Source: Octopus bimaculoides (lineage: Eukaryota). Taken from it: a stretch of 64,000 nucleotides of DNA. Position 1 is the stretch's first letter. Each line of letters opens with the position of its first letter. Location of the stretch: positions 69,199,022 to 69,263,021 of the forward strand of contig NC_068988.1 of NCBI RefSeq assembly GCF_001194135.2, written 5' to 3'. Shown here piece after piece: positions 1-12,313 of this stretch. The notes below the pieces were generated by a model. That model saw only the letters and a list, made by a program, of their open reading frames with translations, was not told the DNA's origin and ran no database searches. The translations under genes and the position numbers were made by a program.

Positions 1-40
<40 letters not shown>

Positions 41-41
<1 letters not shown>

Positions 42-268
42 GTGTGTGTTTCTTTGTGTCTATGTTCGGTCCACCACCATCGCTTGACAACTGATGCTGG
101 TGTGTTTACATCTCCATAACTTAGTAGCTCAGCAAAAGAGACTGATAGAATAAGTACTAGGCTTACAAAGAATAAGTCTTGGGGTCAATTTCTTCAACTA
201 AAAATCCTTTTAAGGTGGTGCTCCAGCATGGCTGCAGTCAAATGACTGAAACAAGTAAAAGAATAAGC
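41..268 (+). mobile_element. 3' half of CORE-type tRNA SINE following (TA)n/(TG)n
   Basis: Matches the 3' halves at 23335-23553, 26551-26745 (reverse), 43330-43565 and 16040-16240 (cgcttgacaac.gatgctgg...gatagaataagtactagg...cagcatggc.gcagtcaaatgactgaaacaag). Confidence 0.8.
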
Positions 269-734
269 GAATAAATAATATACATTTATGATATGTAATT
301 ACAGCAGAAATTATGGATTACCTATGTTTGCAGCAACTGCTGTACCACCTCTGTAGTAAACAACCTTTCATTTTTGTTTTGGTATTTCTGATAAACCTCA
401 AGGCTTTTAAGCATTCATGATTTTTGTAAAATTACACCATAATGCTCCCCTATTAACAACTTATATATGAGAGACTCAATGACTGCATATCAGCACTTGA
501 ATTCACACCCTACTGTCTTGAAAAAGAAAGGTAACATTAGCCTATCTAGTTCTATCAAATCTGACTGAATTTTAAAATAACACTTCTGGGAAAGAAAGAG
601 AGTATGAAAGAAGGGAGCAAAAATATAAGAATTTGAAATTTTGGGAAAGAAAAATAATTTGCTACAATTTTTCTTTCCCATGCAATCTAGGTCTTCAAGG
701 GACATCATCATCAACCCCTGAACATTATTGCTTT

Positions 735-968
735 GAGACCCAGAACTCATAGGGCATGTTATTTGGTTACCATGGCATGATAAATGATGAAGATCACAAC
801 ATTCCCCTGCATAGGGATGCCAGTGTATCTCAGGGTTATTTGTGTAGATTGGAGTAGAGTGAAATGAAGTGTTTTGCTCAAGAACACAACACATCACCTA
901 ATCTGGTAATCAAAACCATGATCCTACAATTGTGAGAGCACACCCTAAACTCTAAGTCAAGTGTCTTC
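735..968 (-). mobile_element. Degenerate tRNA SINE (head type H2 + V-domain-like tail T2)
   Basis: Reverse complement aligns to the head of the 42648 copy (ttgtgttcttgagcaaaacacttcatttc) and then to the tail of the 28816 copy (taaccctgagatacactggcatccc vs taacgctgcgatggactggcgtcct). Confidence 0.65.
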
Positions 969-1541
969 ACTCATCAAGGGTCAGTCACGCTAAAATTCTG
1001 TCATACATTTGGAAACAAAATGAACTTGATGATGACAGTTAAAATATTGTTGACTATCAAACTGATAGTTAATCAGGGCTGAACAGGGACTAAACAACAA
1101 TGGATAGAGTACTTCCATTTTTGTTTGTTTTTATTGTATGTCATAAAATTTTATTTTCATTTCAGTCACTCACTAAAATACAGCTTTTGAAGGTGTACAT
1201 TTTGATAATGTTGATATAAAATTATCATCATCATCATCATCATTATCATCATCATTATCATCATCTTTACCATCATCATCATTTAATGTTCACTTTTACA
1301 TTAAAATTTTTTTTTATTCAAAAAGAAAAGAAATTCGTAACTTTTGAATTATTCATTATCTTGCTCATGATAATTGCAAAATATTCCAAGATTATGTTTA
1401 GCTCACAACAATTCTGATCAAAAGAATTCTGGATGATATTGTGAAATGTGTGTCACTTCTCTTATCTCACATCGATAACTCGTGCAGTAATCATTAGTAC
1501 ATTATTGAATAATTAAAAAGGAAAGGAATTTTCTTACTGAA

Positions 1542-1573
<32 letters not shown>

Positions 1574-2577
1574 ATGCACACACACATGCACGCACACACA
1601 TACATACCACATTGATATGGAAAAGGAAGGACGAAATCGTATGATCTGATGGTCTCAGTACTGGAAATGACATGGATTTATCTCCCCGCTAGTGATATAA
1701 ACAAGTGAGCATTTCGCACCAAAAGCCAATATAAGTATTTCTCTCATGGTAACTACTGCAGTATAGTTTGTTCTAACAGAACATCCATGTTCATGTGGGG
1801 AGAAGTATTACCTCTTGGTATTTATACTGTCTCCCTCATTAATAAATATTTTTTAACAAGCTCACTGGCTAATCATGACATGAGTCAGTGTTCTGGCACT
1901 ATTTTTCGGTATACATCACTAGAAGGGAGATGAATTGCTGCTATCTCTAGCAGTTGAGCGTTCATCATTGAACTGAGGACAGCTGGTAGTTTTGGTATTA
2001 ATACCACCTTTGTCACTAATATATATATATCTTCAGGAGGAGTTACCTCAATCCTTTCTATATTAACCAAAATGAAGTAGATTGACAAATTTATTTTTTA
2101 AACCAGTTGAAGGCACACAAGATGTTGAAGATGGGCTACAGCAAATATTCTGCTTAATACCACAGATTTTCTTGTTAGTTGCTTGACCATAACCAGCTGA
2201 GCATGTTTCCTAATGACTGACAATATGTGCATCTTTGATCATTAGCAGGAGTGGTGGGGAGCATCATAGAGGAATTCTTTGGGGTTTGAATACTTCACCC
2301 CGGGAAACATGGCTGTTTCGTTCAACATCTTTAAACAAACCTTATTCACGGACCTTTTGAACAGGATGGGCTACTCAATCTGAAAAAAATTCTAATTGGG
2401 CCCCACTTGCAAGATCAAGCATTGCTTATCTTGATATGAAATCACCATATGGTTGTGATGCACGTGCCAGATGTACCCTTATCAAACGGGTAGTCACTAT
2501 GGTTATATTGGGCTTCATATATTTGTACCCCAGCATTATCTTGATGGCATGCACTGCTCTCTTACTCAATAGTAATA

Positions 2578-2792
2578 ATAATGGTTTCAAATTTTGGCGC
2601 CTGACTAACAATTTTAGGGGTTGCTGTAAGTTGATTACATCAACATAAATGCTGAACTGGTACTTATTTTATCACCCTAAAGGTTTATAGGCAAAGTCAA
2701 CCCCGGCAGATTTTCAACTCAGAATGTAAAAATGGATGAAATACTGCTAAACAAATTGTCTTACATGCAAATAGTTTTGGCAGTTAACAGCC
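2578..2792 (-). mobile_element. Degenerate Deu/Nin-domain-like tRNA SINE
   Basis: Similar to the better-preserved copies at 8527-8757 and 23091-23319 (actggtacttattttatc...ggcaaagtcaacc...aactcagaatg). Confidence 0.65.
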
Positions 2793-3479
2793 TTGCTCCC
2801 ACCATCACCGTGACCACCACCACAAACAACAACAATAATAGCCTTTTCTTTATTAACCACAAGTAAAGCTAATGTGGTGTGTGAAAAACACATTTACAAA
2901 TTATGAAGGTAAGGAGCAGATGTTAAACAAAATATGGAAGAATATGCTTGGAATATTAAAGGTAGACACATATATATACACATATACATACACATAATTA
3001 TATATGCACATGCGCGTAAGCATGTACATATGTGCATTCATACACACATGTATGCATGCAAACACACACATTTGCCTGGAAATAACTACAAAACACAATA
3101 AATATAAGATATAAGGTAAACAAATAAAGCATGAAAGATTAGGTTAATTTAGGATACTTGACAACTGTTCACTTTATCCTTTCTGAAATTATGCTTGAGT
3201 GCAATCAATTGCACCAGTGAGCATTTTCCTTTTGTATTTTTATAAAGAATTTTGGTATCTTCACCCATAATTATTCTTTCTTCTTTATTACATGATTAAA
3301 GTGTGGTACTATGGGCTGGTACATTTAGGAACAAGGTATTTGCTCATCTATTTGTGAAACTAGCCATAAAGATATTTGCTTTGCTATCTCTAATGCTTTG
3401 GTTGGTGGTACACTAGAAATTGTGATTTGTTGATCTCTTTGCTGCTGGTCTTCCTATTTTTATTTTCCTTGTTTTTGTT

Positions 3480-3760
3480 TAATCCTCCCCCATCCCAGTT
3501 CATTTGGGCATTCAGCTCTAAGGTATGATTCACTTCAGCAGATATACCAAATAGGTTTTCTACCATGTAATATTAATCGTATGCATTATATTGGTCCCTT
3601 TTACTTGGCATATTTCCAATATTGCTCTGTAGCCTTCAGGATCATTAGGAATTATAAGTCCATTTTGATGTACCTTGACCACAAGTCACCCTTTGTTAAC
3701 ACTACTTTAACTACTCTCTCCAAACTATGACATATGAGTTTATGCTGTGTTCAATGTCTT
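3480..3760 (-). pseudogene. Decayed gag-like/ORF1 remnant of a non-LTR retrotransposon with a CCHC zinc-knuckle relic
   Basis: Minus-strand translation IRLILHGRKPIWYIC*SESYLRAECP (knuckle at about 3504-3566) fits CX2CX4HX4C with W and Y substitutions; multiple stops. Confidence 0.45.
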
Positions 3761-4015
3761 TGCAGTGACTCATTCATTTCTTTGTCCAGTGTACTGGGCA
3801 CAAATTTATAACAAATGTATGTCTATGCCTATGTTTTGTGTTCTATCAACAATTTCTATTATCTTACCTTTTTTATTTGAGATAATTTCACCTGAATTGT
3901 TCTGTTCTGGAATGCTTGTTGTACAACTTAACATAAGAAGAAATATCTAGTTACAAAAGTTTGTTAACAGTGATATATAATTTTTCCCGTTCTCGTCTGT
4001 ATTATCCACTATGGT

Positions 4016-4401
4016 GGAGGTGTAATGGCCCAGTGGTTAGGGCAGCGAACTCGCGGTCATAGGATCACGGTTTCGATTCCCAGACCGGGCGTTGTGAGTG
4101 TTTATTGAGCAAAAACACCTAAAGCTCCACGAGACTCCGGCAGGGGATGGTGACAAACCCTGCTGTACTCTTTCACCACAACTTTCTCTCACTCTTACTT
4201 CCTGTTTCTGTTGTGCCTGTAATTCAAAGGGCCAGCCTTGTCACACTGTGTCATGCTGAATATCCCCGAGAACTACGTTAAGGGTGCACGTGTCTGTGGA
4301 GTGCTCAGCCACTTGCACGTTAATTTCACGAGCGAGCTGTTTTGCTGATCGGATCAACTGGAACCCACGACGCCGTAAGCGACGGAGTGCCAACAACCAC
4401 A
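4016..4401 (+). mobile_element. Full-length tRNA-derived SINE (H1+T1)
   Basis: Pol III A box tggcccagtgg and B box ggtttcgattcc; 13-bp TSD tatccactatggt at 4003-4015 and 4402-4414; three further full copies in the window. Confidence 0.92.
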
Positions 4402-4454
4402 TATCCACTATGGTAAAAAAAAATACAGTTGCGTTTTACAAAATTATCTCACCT

Positions 4455-4718
4455 ACATTTTTTCTTTTTTCGTGGCCAGTGTCAGTGACACATAAAAGGC
4501 ACCCATGCCAGAGACACGTAAAAGGCACCTGTGCCAGTGATACATAAATGACACTCAGTACACTCTGTGAGGTGGCTAGCATTAAGAAGGGCTCTCAACA
4601 ATAGAAACCAAGCCAAAATAGAATGTGACCCAGTGCAGCTCTCCAACTTACCAGCTCCAGTCAGACCATCTTACTCATGCTAGCATGGAAAACAAATGAT
4701 GATGATGATGATGATGAT
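4455..4718 (+). mobile_element. Old RTE-type 3' tail repeat ending in (GAT)n
   Basis: gacacgtaaaaggcacc subrepeats, a degenerate ggttggcgttaggaagggcatcc motif, then catgctagcatggaa and (gat)n. Confidence 0.7.
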
Positions 4719-5225
4719 TGGCCCCAAAGTCTTTCTGAGAATTTAGTGGTAGGTGAAGGCTTAGTTGCTTTGTGAATGAGCTGCAGTACTTGGAATCATA
4801 TTGGTGTTGCCGCTGTAGTTGTTGTCGTTGATGTTGCTGTCACAGTCTTCCAAATTACTTATTTGAGTATCTGGGATATTTTCTTCTATTAATTACTCAC
4901 TATATTCATTTTCTTCTTGTAGATTTAATTATGCTCTGATTTTGTGTTGTTTCCTTTTAAGGCACAATTATGTGCAGGAGCCATTTTGGATCATAAAATG
5001 TAATGTGTGAAAATAAAAATTCATAAGTTTGTATAACAAAGCTCTTTATAGTATGTATAGACTGCAAATTTCCCTTAAGCTATCATAGCACTTTTTAAAA
5101 GTACATCCAAAAATGTTCATTTAGTAATGTTTGAAATAAAACGTGTTTTGAATGGTGAATCAAAAAAGATGTCTTCACACTATGAGAGTCAAATACTACT
5201 ATAGATAATGATAATGATGGTGTTA

Positions 5226-5237
5226 ATAATAATAATG

Positions 5238-5302
<65 letters not shown>
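5226..5302. repeat. (AAT)n microsatellite
   Basis: Direct reading; it generates the poly-L and poly-Y ORFs in the track. Confidence 0.95.
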
Positions 5303-5303
<1 letters not shown>

Positions 5304-6390
5304 GCTTGATACAAAAAAAATGAAATATACTAAAATAAAAATGGCTACAACAGAGTATGTACATCTAAAATAGCCTGTATGATGGTGATATATATATATA
5401 TATATATACATATTACAAATAATAAATATATATATCTAAATATATATAATTGTGTGTGGGGGGGGGGGTAAATATGTTAAATATATCTGAACATTGATAT
5501 GTCTTGTAAATAATATAAAATAAATGACATCAAACATATTTATAACTCATTTCAGATATTATTTATCACTTGATAGCTGACATTAAACACAAATTGATAC
5601 ATTAGCTGGACAAAAGGTTAACATAATATTTCACACATTGTCATCAACACTTTAGATGAAATATCATTTAACTTTAATCATTTGCAATAAATATATATAC
5701 ATATGCATGTATGCATACATATACGCATACACAAACATGCACATGCACGCACACACAAACATACATGAAAAATTTTGTGCATATAGTAAAAAAAAGAAGC
5801 TTTAGGCTTAGAGATCACAGCTTATTTCTTAGCAGAAACATCTCTAGTTTTGGTTAAGTAAGAAGTTGGCAATCATATGGTTATGGGTTCAGTTCTGCTG
5901 CATGTACTCTTTACACTTAGAGCTATCTTCTCAAGCTAGGATAGTCGTTTGAGTAAAAATAAGTAGCGTGCACATCAGTATGTAGTAAACTTAAACTCAA
6001 ATGCAATTCAATAGCCCTTTCTGGCTAGTGAGCATCCTAATTAAAGGTTATTCTCAATCTTCTAATATAATAATGAGTGTAGTATTTTATATATTTGTAT
6101 GTGTGTGTATGTATATATATATATATATGGATCTTTGGGGTTTGACGGGCAACATTTGTTTTCTTAACGAAACACTTTCAAACTTGGGACACTGGTAGAA
6201 TGTGTCATATAAAACAACTTCTTCTCTTAACCTTCTTAACAAAAAATTGTACATCGCAAGTTATTTCATGTTAAAGTTGTCGTATTTCTGTAATTTCAAC
6301 CAATCACTGACGTCTATTCAGCTGAATACAGTTACTGCTGTTCGGTGTGAAGTGTGTTATTCCCTGTTTAATTATATCATTATTCCCTAG

Positions 6391-6481
6391 TAAGGGTTTA
6401 GGGTTTTAGGGTTGGGGTTCGGGTTTTAGGGTTTTAGGGTTCGAGTTTTAGGGTTAGGGTTTTAGGGTTAGGGTTGGGGTT
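6391..6481 (+). repeat. Telomere-like tract of mixed TTAGGG/TTTAGGG/TTTTAGGG/TTGGGG units running into an N gap
   Basis: taagggtttagggttttagggttggggttcgggttttagggttttagggttcgagttttagggttagggttttagggttagggttggggtt followed by Ns. Confidence 0.85.
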
Positions 6482-7348
6482 NNNNNNNNNNNNNNNNNNN
6501 NNNNNNNNNNNNNNNNNNNNNNNNNNNNNNNNNNNNNNNNNNNNNNNNNNNNNNNNNNNNNNNNNNNNNNNNNNNNNNNNNNNNNNNNNNNNNNNNNNNN
6601 NNNNNNNNNNNNNNNNNNNNNNNNNNNNNNNNNNNNNNNNNNNNNNNNNNNNNNNNNNNNNNNNNNNNNNNNNNNNNNNNNNNNNNNNNNNNNNNNNNNN
6701 NNNNNNNNNNNNNNNNNNNNNNNNNNNNNNNNNNNNNNNNNNNNNNNNNNNNNNNNNNNNNNNNNNNNNNNNNNNNNNNNNNNNNNNNNNNNNNNNNNNN
6801 NNNNNNNNNNNNNNNNNNNNNNNNNNNNNNNNNNNNNNNNNNNNNNNNNNNNNNNNNNNNNNNNNNNNNNNNNNNNNNNNNNNNNNNNNNNNNNNNNNNN
6901 NNNNNNNNNNNNNNNNNNNNNNNNNNNNNNNNNNNNNNNNNNNNNNNNNNNNNNNNNNNNNNNNNNNNNNNNNNNNNNNNNNNNNNNNNNNNNNNNNNNN
7001 NNNNNNNNNNNNNNNNNNNNNNNNNNNNNNNNNNNNNNNNNNNNNNNNNNNNNNNNNNNNNNNNNNNNNNNNNNNNNNNNNNNNNNNNNNNNNNNNNNNN
7101 NNNNNNNNNNNNNNNNNNNNNNNNNNNNNNNNNNNNNNNNNNNNNNNNNNNNNNNNNNNNNNNNNNNNNNNNNNNNNNNNNNNNNNNNNNNNNNNNNNNN
7201 NNNNNNNNNNNNNNNNNNNNNNNNNNNNNNNNNNNNNNNNNNNNNNNNNNNNNNNNNNNNNNNNNNNNNNNNNNNNNNNNNNNNNNNNNNNNNNNNNNNN
7301 NNNNNNNNNNNNNNNNNNNNNNNNNNNNNNNNNNNNNNNNNNNNNNNG

Positions 7349-7520
7349 TAAAAGCACCTACTACACTCTCTGAGTGGTTGGCGTTAGGAAGGGCATCCAG
7401 CTGTAGAAACTCTGCCAAATTTAGATTGGAGCCTGGTGTTGCCATCCAGTTTCACCAGTCCTCAGTCAAGTCGTCCAACCCATGCTAGCATGGAAAGCGG
7501 ACGTTAAACGATGATGATGA
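7349..7520 (+). mobile_element. RTE-type 3' tail repeat (3' part, after the gap)
   Basis: ggttggcgttaggaagggcatccagctgtagaaactctgcc...catgctagcatggaaagcggacgttaaacgatgatgatga; near-identical to 20400-20578. Confidence 0.85.
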
Positions 7521-7956
7521 TATATATTTGTCCAGAATCATGCGGGAAGCAGAGGGGGAGAGAAAATAGTAATTCAGTGAAGGAAAAGTAGTGAGAGTAA
7601 TAGTCCTGACTGAGAGGGAGTGAGAGAAAGTAATAACAATAAGAGAAAGAAAGGTGTGATAGATGAATAAGGAAGGAAGGGATGGAAAAAGGTCAGCATT
7701 TCAACTCTGTATGAGTACAAGTGTGTATGCGTGTGCGTGTACAGGAGAAGTATATGAATGTTTGTACGTGTGATTATTATGTACCTTATTTATATATAAA
7801 ATACTACAATTAGCCGTGATTATTGATGGCACATGGTCAGCTAGTTGTAAATACCAAAGCTAGGGTGTCAACTTGAGAGTAACACTACAAAGTTTCATAG
7901 TTTAGGAATAATACATTTCTAAATCTCTCAGAGAGATTTATGCAGTAGTGATTCGA

Positions 7957-8239
7957 TGAAGTAGTTGTATGCTGTTAACTTAATGTGACAGTCCCCTGAA
8001 GGGAATAATACTACTGTTGGCTAGACCTAGGAAGCTGCACCACTTCCTGTCAGCCTTGACACATTTCCCGTGTCCTTATGTTTACAAGGGGAGGTGCTTG
8101 TCTCTCCCTTGTAAACATAAGGGCATGGGAAATGTGTCAAGGCCAACAGGAAGTGGTGCAGCCTCCTAGGTCTAACAAACAGTAGTATTATTCCCTTCAG
8201 GGGACTGTCACATTAAGTTGACAGTATACAACCAGTTCA
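7957..8239. mobile_element. Fold-back palindrome (arms of about 135 bp, short loop), probably MITE-like
   Basis: 7964-8092 is the reverse complement of about 8103-8232 with few mismatches (e.g. ttaatgtgacagtcccctgaagggaataatactactg / cagtagtattattcccttcaggggactgtcacattaa). Confidence 0.85.
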
Positions 8240-8526
8240 AAGTTTCATAGCTTATTATCTATCTCTATATTCAAACACTTGATGTCATTATATACAAGGA
8301 TAGAAAGTGGAAATAACAAGGGATTGGGAGATATGGCAATTTGCTGTACTTGATAATATGTGTCAAGCTAAGTAACATCACTGTCTTCCACATATATAAG
8401 CTTGTCCTTTAGGTGGTGGTGCCACTTAAAAAGCACCTATGCCAGTGTCGCATTGACATGCTCATGCTGGTGCTACATAAACACATCCTTGTTAGTGGCA
8501 TGTAAAAAGCCCCCAGCACATTCTTA

Positions 8527-8757
8527 TTTCTTTATTGCCCACAAGAGGCTAAACATAGAGGGGACAAACAAGGACAGACAAAGGGATTAAGTCGATTACA
8601 TCGATCCCAGTGCGTAACTGGCACTTAGTTTATCGACCCCGAAAGGATGACAGGCAAAGTCAGCCTTGGCGGAATTTGAACTCAGAACATAATGGCAGAC
8701 GAAATACCGCTAAGCATTTCGCCTGGCGTGCTAACGTTTCTGCCAGCTCGCTGCCTT
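8527..8757 (-). mobile_element. Deu/Nin-domain-like tRNA SINE inserted in an older RTE-tail repeat (about 8415-8850)
   Basis: Reverse complement begins aaggcagcgagctggcagaaacgttagcacgcc and contains cctttcggggtcgataaactaagtgccag; the flanks are the two halves of the RTE-tail repeat. Confidence 0.85.
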
Positions 8758-9323
8758 AAGTTAAGTAGTTAGCATTAGGAAGGGTATCCAGGCATCAAAA
8801 CTATGTCAGTATAGAAAGAGGGTGCTAAATGATGATGTTATGATGATGATGGGAACTCAAACATAAGTTGCACTAGCATTCCAGTTAGTTGTACTTCTTA
8901 CTTGGAAAGAGTTAGTGGTGATGAAAGAGAGGGATATTAGTTGTTATTTGTGCTGATAACAATAACAACAACAACAACAGCAATGGCAATGACGAAAATG
9001 AAAATAATGATGTGGTCAAAGGTATGGATAATAATGATGAAAATGATAACGAAAGAGACAGTGTAGATGATGATGGTAGTGATGATGATGGTGATGGTGA
9101 TGATGATGATGGTGATGATGATGATGGTGATGATGATGACAGCAGTACAACAGCAGCAATGGTAATGATGAGGCAGAAGGTGTGTTTATTGAAATGGAAT
9201 ATACATTTGCTGGGAATTGTTTTTAGAAAAAATGTAATTATTTTGTAATGTTTAACACCTGAGACTATGAGAGAAAGTGAGAGAGAGGTGGAGAGAGAAT
9301 CAAAGAGAGACACAAACACAAAA

Positions 9324-9362
<39 letters not shown>

Positions 9363-9435
9363 GAGAAACGAGAGAAGAGAGAAAGAAGAGAATTGTGCGA
9401 ATTTATATACTATTGCTTATATTAACTCTAGCACT

Positions 9436-9820
9436 GTGCGTTGGCACTCCATCGCTTACGACGTCCAGGGTTCCAGTTGATCTGATCAACGGAACAGCCT
9501 GCTCGTGAAATTAGCGTGCAAGTGGCTAAGCACTCCACAGACATGTGTACCCTTAATGTAGTTCTCGGAGATATTCAGCGTGACACAGTGTGACAAGGCT
9601 GACCCTTTGAATTATAGGCACAACAGAAATAGGAAGAAAGAGTGAGAGAAAGTTGTGGTGAAAGAGTACAGCAGGGTTCGCCACCATCCCCTGCCAGAGC
9701 CTCGTGGAGCTTTAGGCGTTTTCGCTCAATAAACACTCGCAACGCCCGGTCTGGGAATCGAAACCGTGATCCTATGACCGCGAGTCTGCTGCCCTAACCA
9801 CTGGGCCATTGCACCTCGAC
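9436..9820 (-). mobile_element. Full-length tRNA SINE (H1+T1)
   Basis: Reverse complement of the 4016 family; 11-bp TSD actctagcact at 9425-9435 and 9821-9831. Confidence 0.92.
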
Positions 9821-9973
9821 ACTCTAGCACTACATTGTAGTTTATCATAAAATATGTTAATAAAAAATATTAGAAAAACATTTAAAATTTTCTAAATTGC
9901 AAAACCTAAAGTTTGTAATAATTGACCCATTCAGTACATGTGTTACATAGTAGGCATTCACTGTTTCCGTGGT

Positions 9974-10436
9974 ACTAGTCTTCGTGGCCTAAAACTTCCT
10001 TCATGCCACTTTCATTGGAGGCCTTAAAACTCTCTTCATTTCACTAGTCTTGGCAGCCCTAAAACTCATTTCCTGGAACTAATCTTGGCAGTCCTAAAAG
10101 TCTCATTCTGTCACTAATCTTGATGGTCCTAAACTTACTTTATGCTACTAGACTTGGAGGCCCTGTAACTTCCTTCCTCTCACCAGTCTTGGAATCCTTA
10201 AAACTCCCTTCATGCCACCAGACTTAGGGGGCTTTAAAGCTCTCTTTATACCACTAATCTTGGCAGTCCCTAAACACTCTTCCTGCCATCAGTCTTTTAG
10301 GTTCCAAAACTCCCTTCATTCAACCAGTCTTGTCAGCCCCAAAACTCATTTAACGCTAATAATCTTGAAAGCCCTCAAACGCCCTTCGTCCTACCAATCT
10401 TGGATGCTCTAAAACTCCCTTCATCTCACCAACTTG
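9974..10436. repeat. Diverged minisatellite of about 35 bp, about 13 units
   Basis: Consensus approximately actagtcttggcagccctaaaactcccttcatgcc; units read by eye are about 33-37 bp. Confidence 0.85.
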
Positions 10437-10540
10437 CATTTAGTATTCAAATATATAAATGAGTTTCATTTGCAGGACACTGTCAGTAACACCAAAAATT
10501 GCTAATCATCAACTAGAAACTGAACAATGAACCAAGGATC

Positions 10541-10875
10541 ATCAACATCATCATCATCGTTTAACGTCCACTTTCCATGCTAGCATGGGTTGGACGATTT
10601 GACTGAGGACTGGCAAGCTAGAAGGCTGCACCAGGCCCCAATCTGCTCTCGCAGAGTTTCTACAGCTCAATGCCGTTCCTAACGTCAACCACTCTGAGAG
10701 TGTAGTGGGTGCTTTTACGTGCCACTGGCACGAGAGCCAGTCACACGGTACTGGCAATGGCCACGCTCAAAAAGGTGTTTTTTACGTGCCACCTGCAATG
10801 GAGCCAGTCCAGCGGCACTGGCAACGACCTCGCTTGAATGATTTTCTAATGTGCCACCAGCACAAGTGCTAGAAG
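10541..10875 (-). mobile_element. RTE-type 3' tail repeat
   Basis: Reverse complement of the 20186-20578 copy; starts with the (cat)n tail. Confidence 0.85.
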
Positions 10876-11076
10876 GTAAAAGTCAAACAAACCTGTGTCA
10901 AGATTGTGGGCAGATAGTTTTCATGAATGCTGATCAGATTATGACACGAATGATGGAATGGTAGAAGGGAGGGTGTCTATCATCCCAATGTGAGTACAAA
11001 CTGTAATTGATATATCTTGATTATGATGATGACGGTGATGATGAAGGTGATATTGGTGGCTGAAAGGAAGTTTCTA

Positions 11077-11117
<41 letters not shown>

Positions 11118-12254
11118 AATGTTCCATATGTAGTAACATCACAGATTTGTAATAAGCAGATATAGAATCACAGAGTCCAAACTTTTTATGGATGCTACCA
11201 ATCAATTTCTGTTGTTATATCATCAGCTTTACAGATGAAATTTAGAACATTTTATTAACCCTGTGATTTGTACATGGATCAATGGAGTCAAGAAGCGATC
11301 CAAAAATGTAGTGATGGGTTGGTGAAAAACGATTTTTGTTGTACTTTGGTGGGGTTGGCAGAGAAGTACCCACTTTTTTGTCTTTGTGCTTTCTATGGTA
11401 CACAGAATATTGAAGCCAAATCAAAAATAATTCTATAGCATGGCAGTAATGAAGAACTTTAACATTTATCATCATAATTATTATCATCATCCTCTTCATC
11501 ATCATCATCATCCTAATTATTATCATTTCCATAATTATCGTCATGACCATTATTATCATCAACATTATTGATACCATCATCATCATCATCATCATCATCA
11601 TAATCACTGCCATAATGATGATCATTATCATCATTATCATCAATATTAGAAACAGCAACAGTACTACTTTCACTATTAACCATCGTTCATTTTTCAACCT
11701 TCTCCCCCATTGCCTCTTTAAAATGCATCCCTCATCAATCAGGCCACCCATATTTCATCTGCCTATAAATCCTGCTCTCCCACATGGTAAAACGCAGCAA
11801 GCAATCCCCTAAAATTATGTGTCATTAAAGATTTCTAAAACTGGTTTTATATGGCTTCAGATTTCATTATCTGTTTTGGAATTATCTGGGAAATTTCTTG
11901 GAGGAGATTAATTTAAAACAGCAAGAACAACAACAGCAACAAAGTTTTGCAATGCTTAATAACTAAATAAAAATGTTGCCGATTTTAGAAGGATAGCTGG
12001 AAGAGTCCATTATATGTGGGAATTGAATGGCTTCTGATATCAGATTTACAAAATAACAAGGACCACAGTTGTTGTAATCAACTTTGATGAAGTAAGCTTA
12101 TAACCAAAGATACTCCATCCAACACCATTTTGTCTTTTCCTATATGTAGGGGACCCAGTATTACATTCTCTAGTGCCTCGTATTTTTAAGCGTGATTTAT
12201 TGGAGATATGACTGCTATTTACACTAATATAGGAGTTAGAACTTGTGATTTGTC

Positions 12255-12313
12255 CATGGACATTTATCTTTGGAAGTTTTTGCCTGCCACACTAAAAAGT
12301 TTCCCCACCTCTG
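12255..12313 (-). mobile_element. hAT/Charlie-like terminus (single end)
   Basis: Minus strand starts CAGAGGTGGGGAAACTTTTT, resembling Charlie-type TIR starts; no partner TIR found. Confidence 0.4.

Noticed and set aside
4016-4090. SINE heads (also 9436, 28816, 34925, 42648, 61261) as tRNA genes
   Set aside because: A and B boxes run into SINE bodies bounded by TSDs; no complete cloverleaf supported.
9974-10436. Minisatellite as a CRISPR-like array
   Set aside because: Eukaryotic context; no identical repeats separated by unique spacers; no cas genes.
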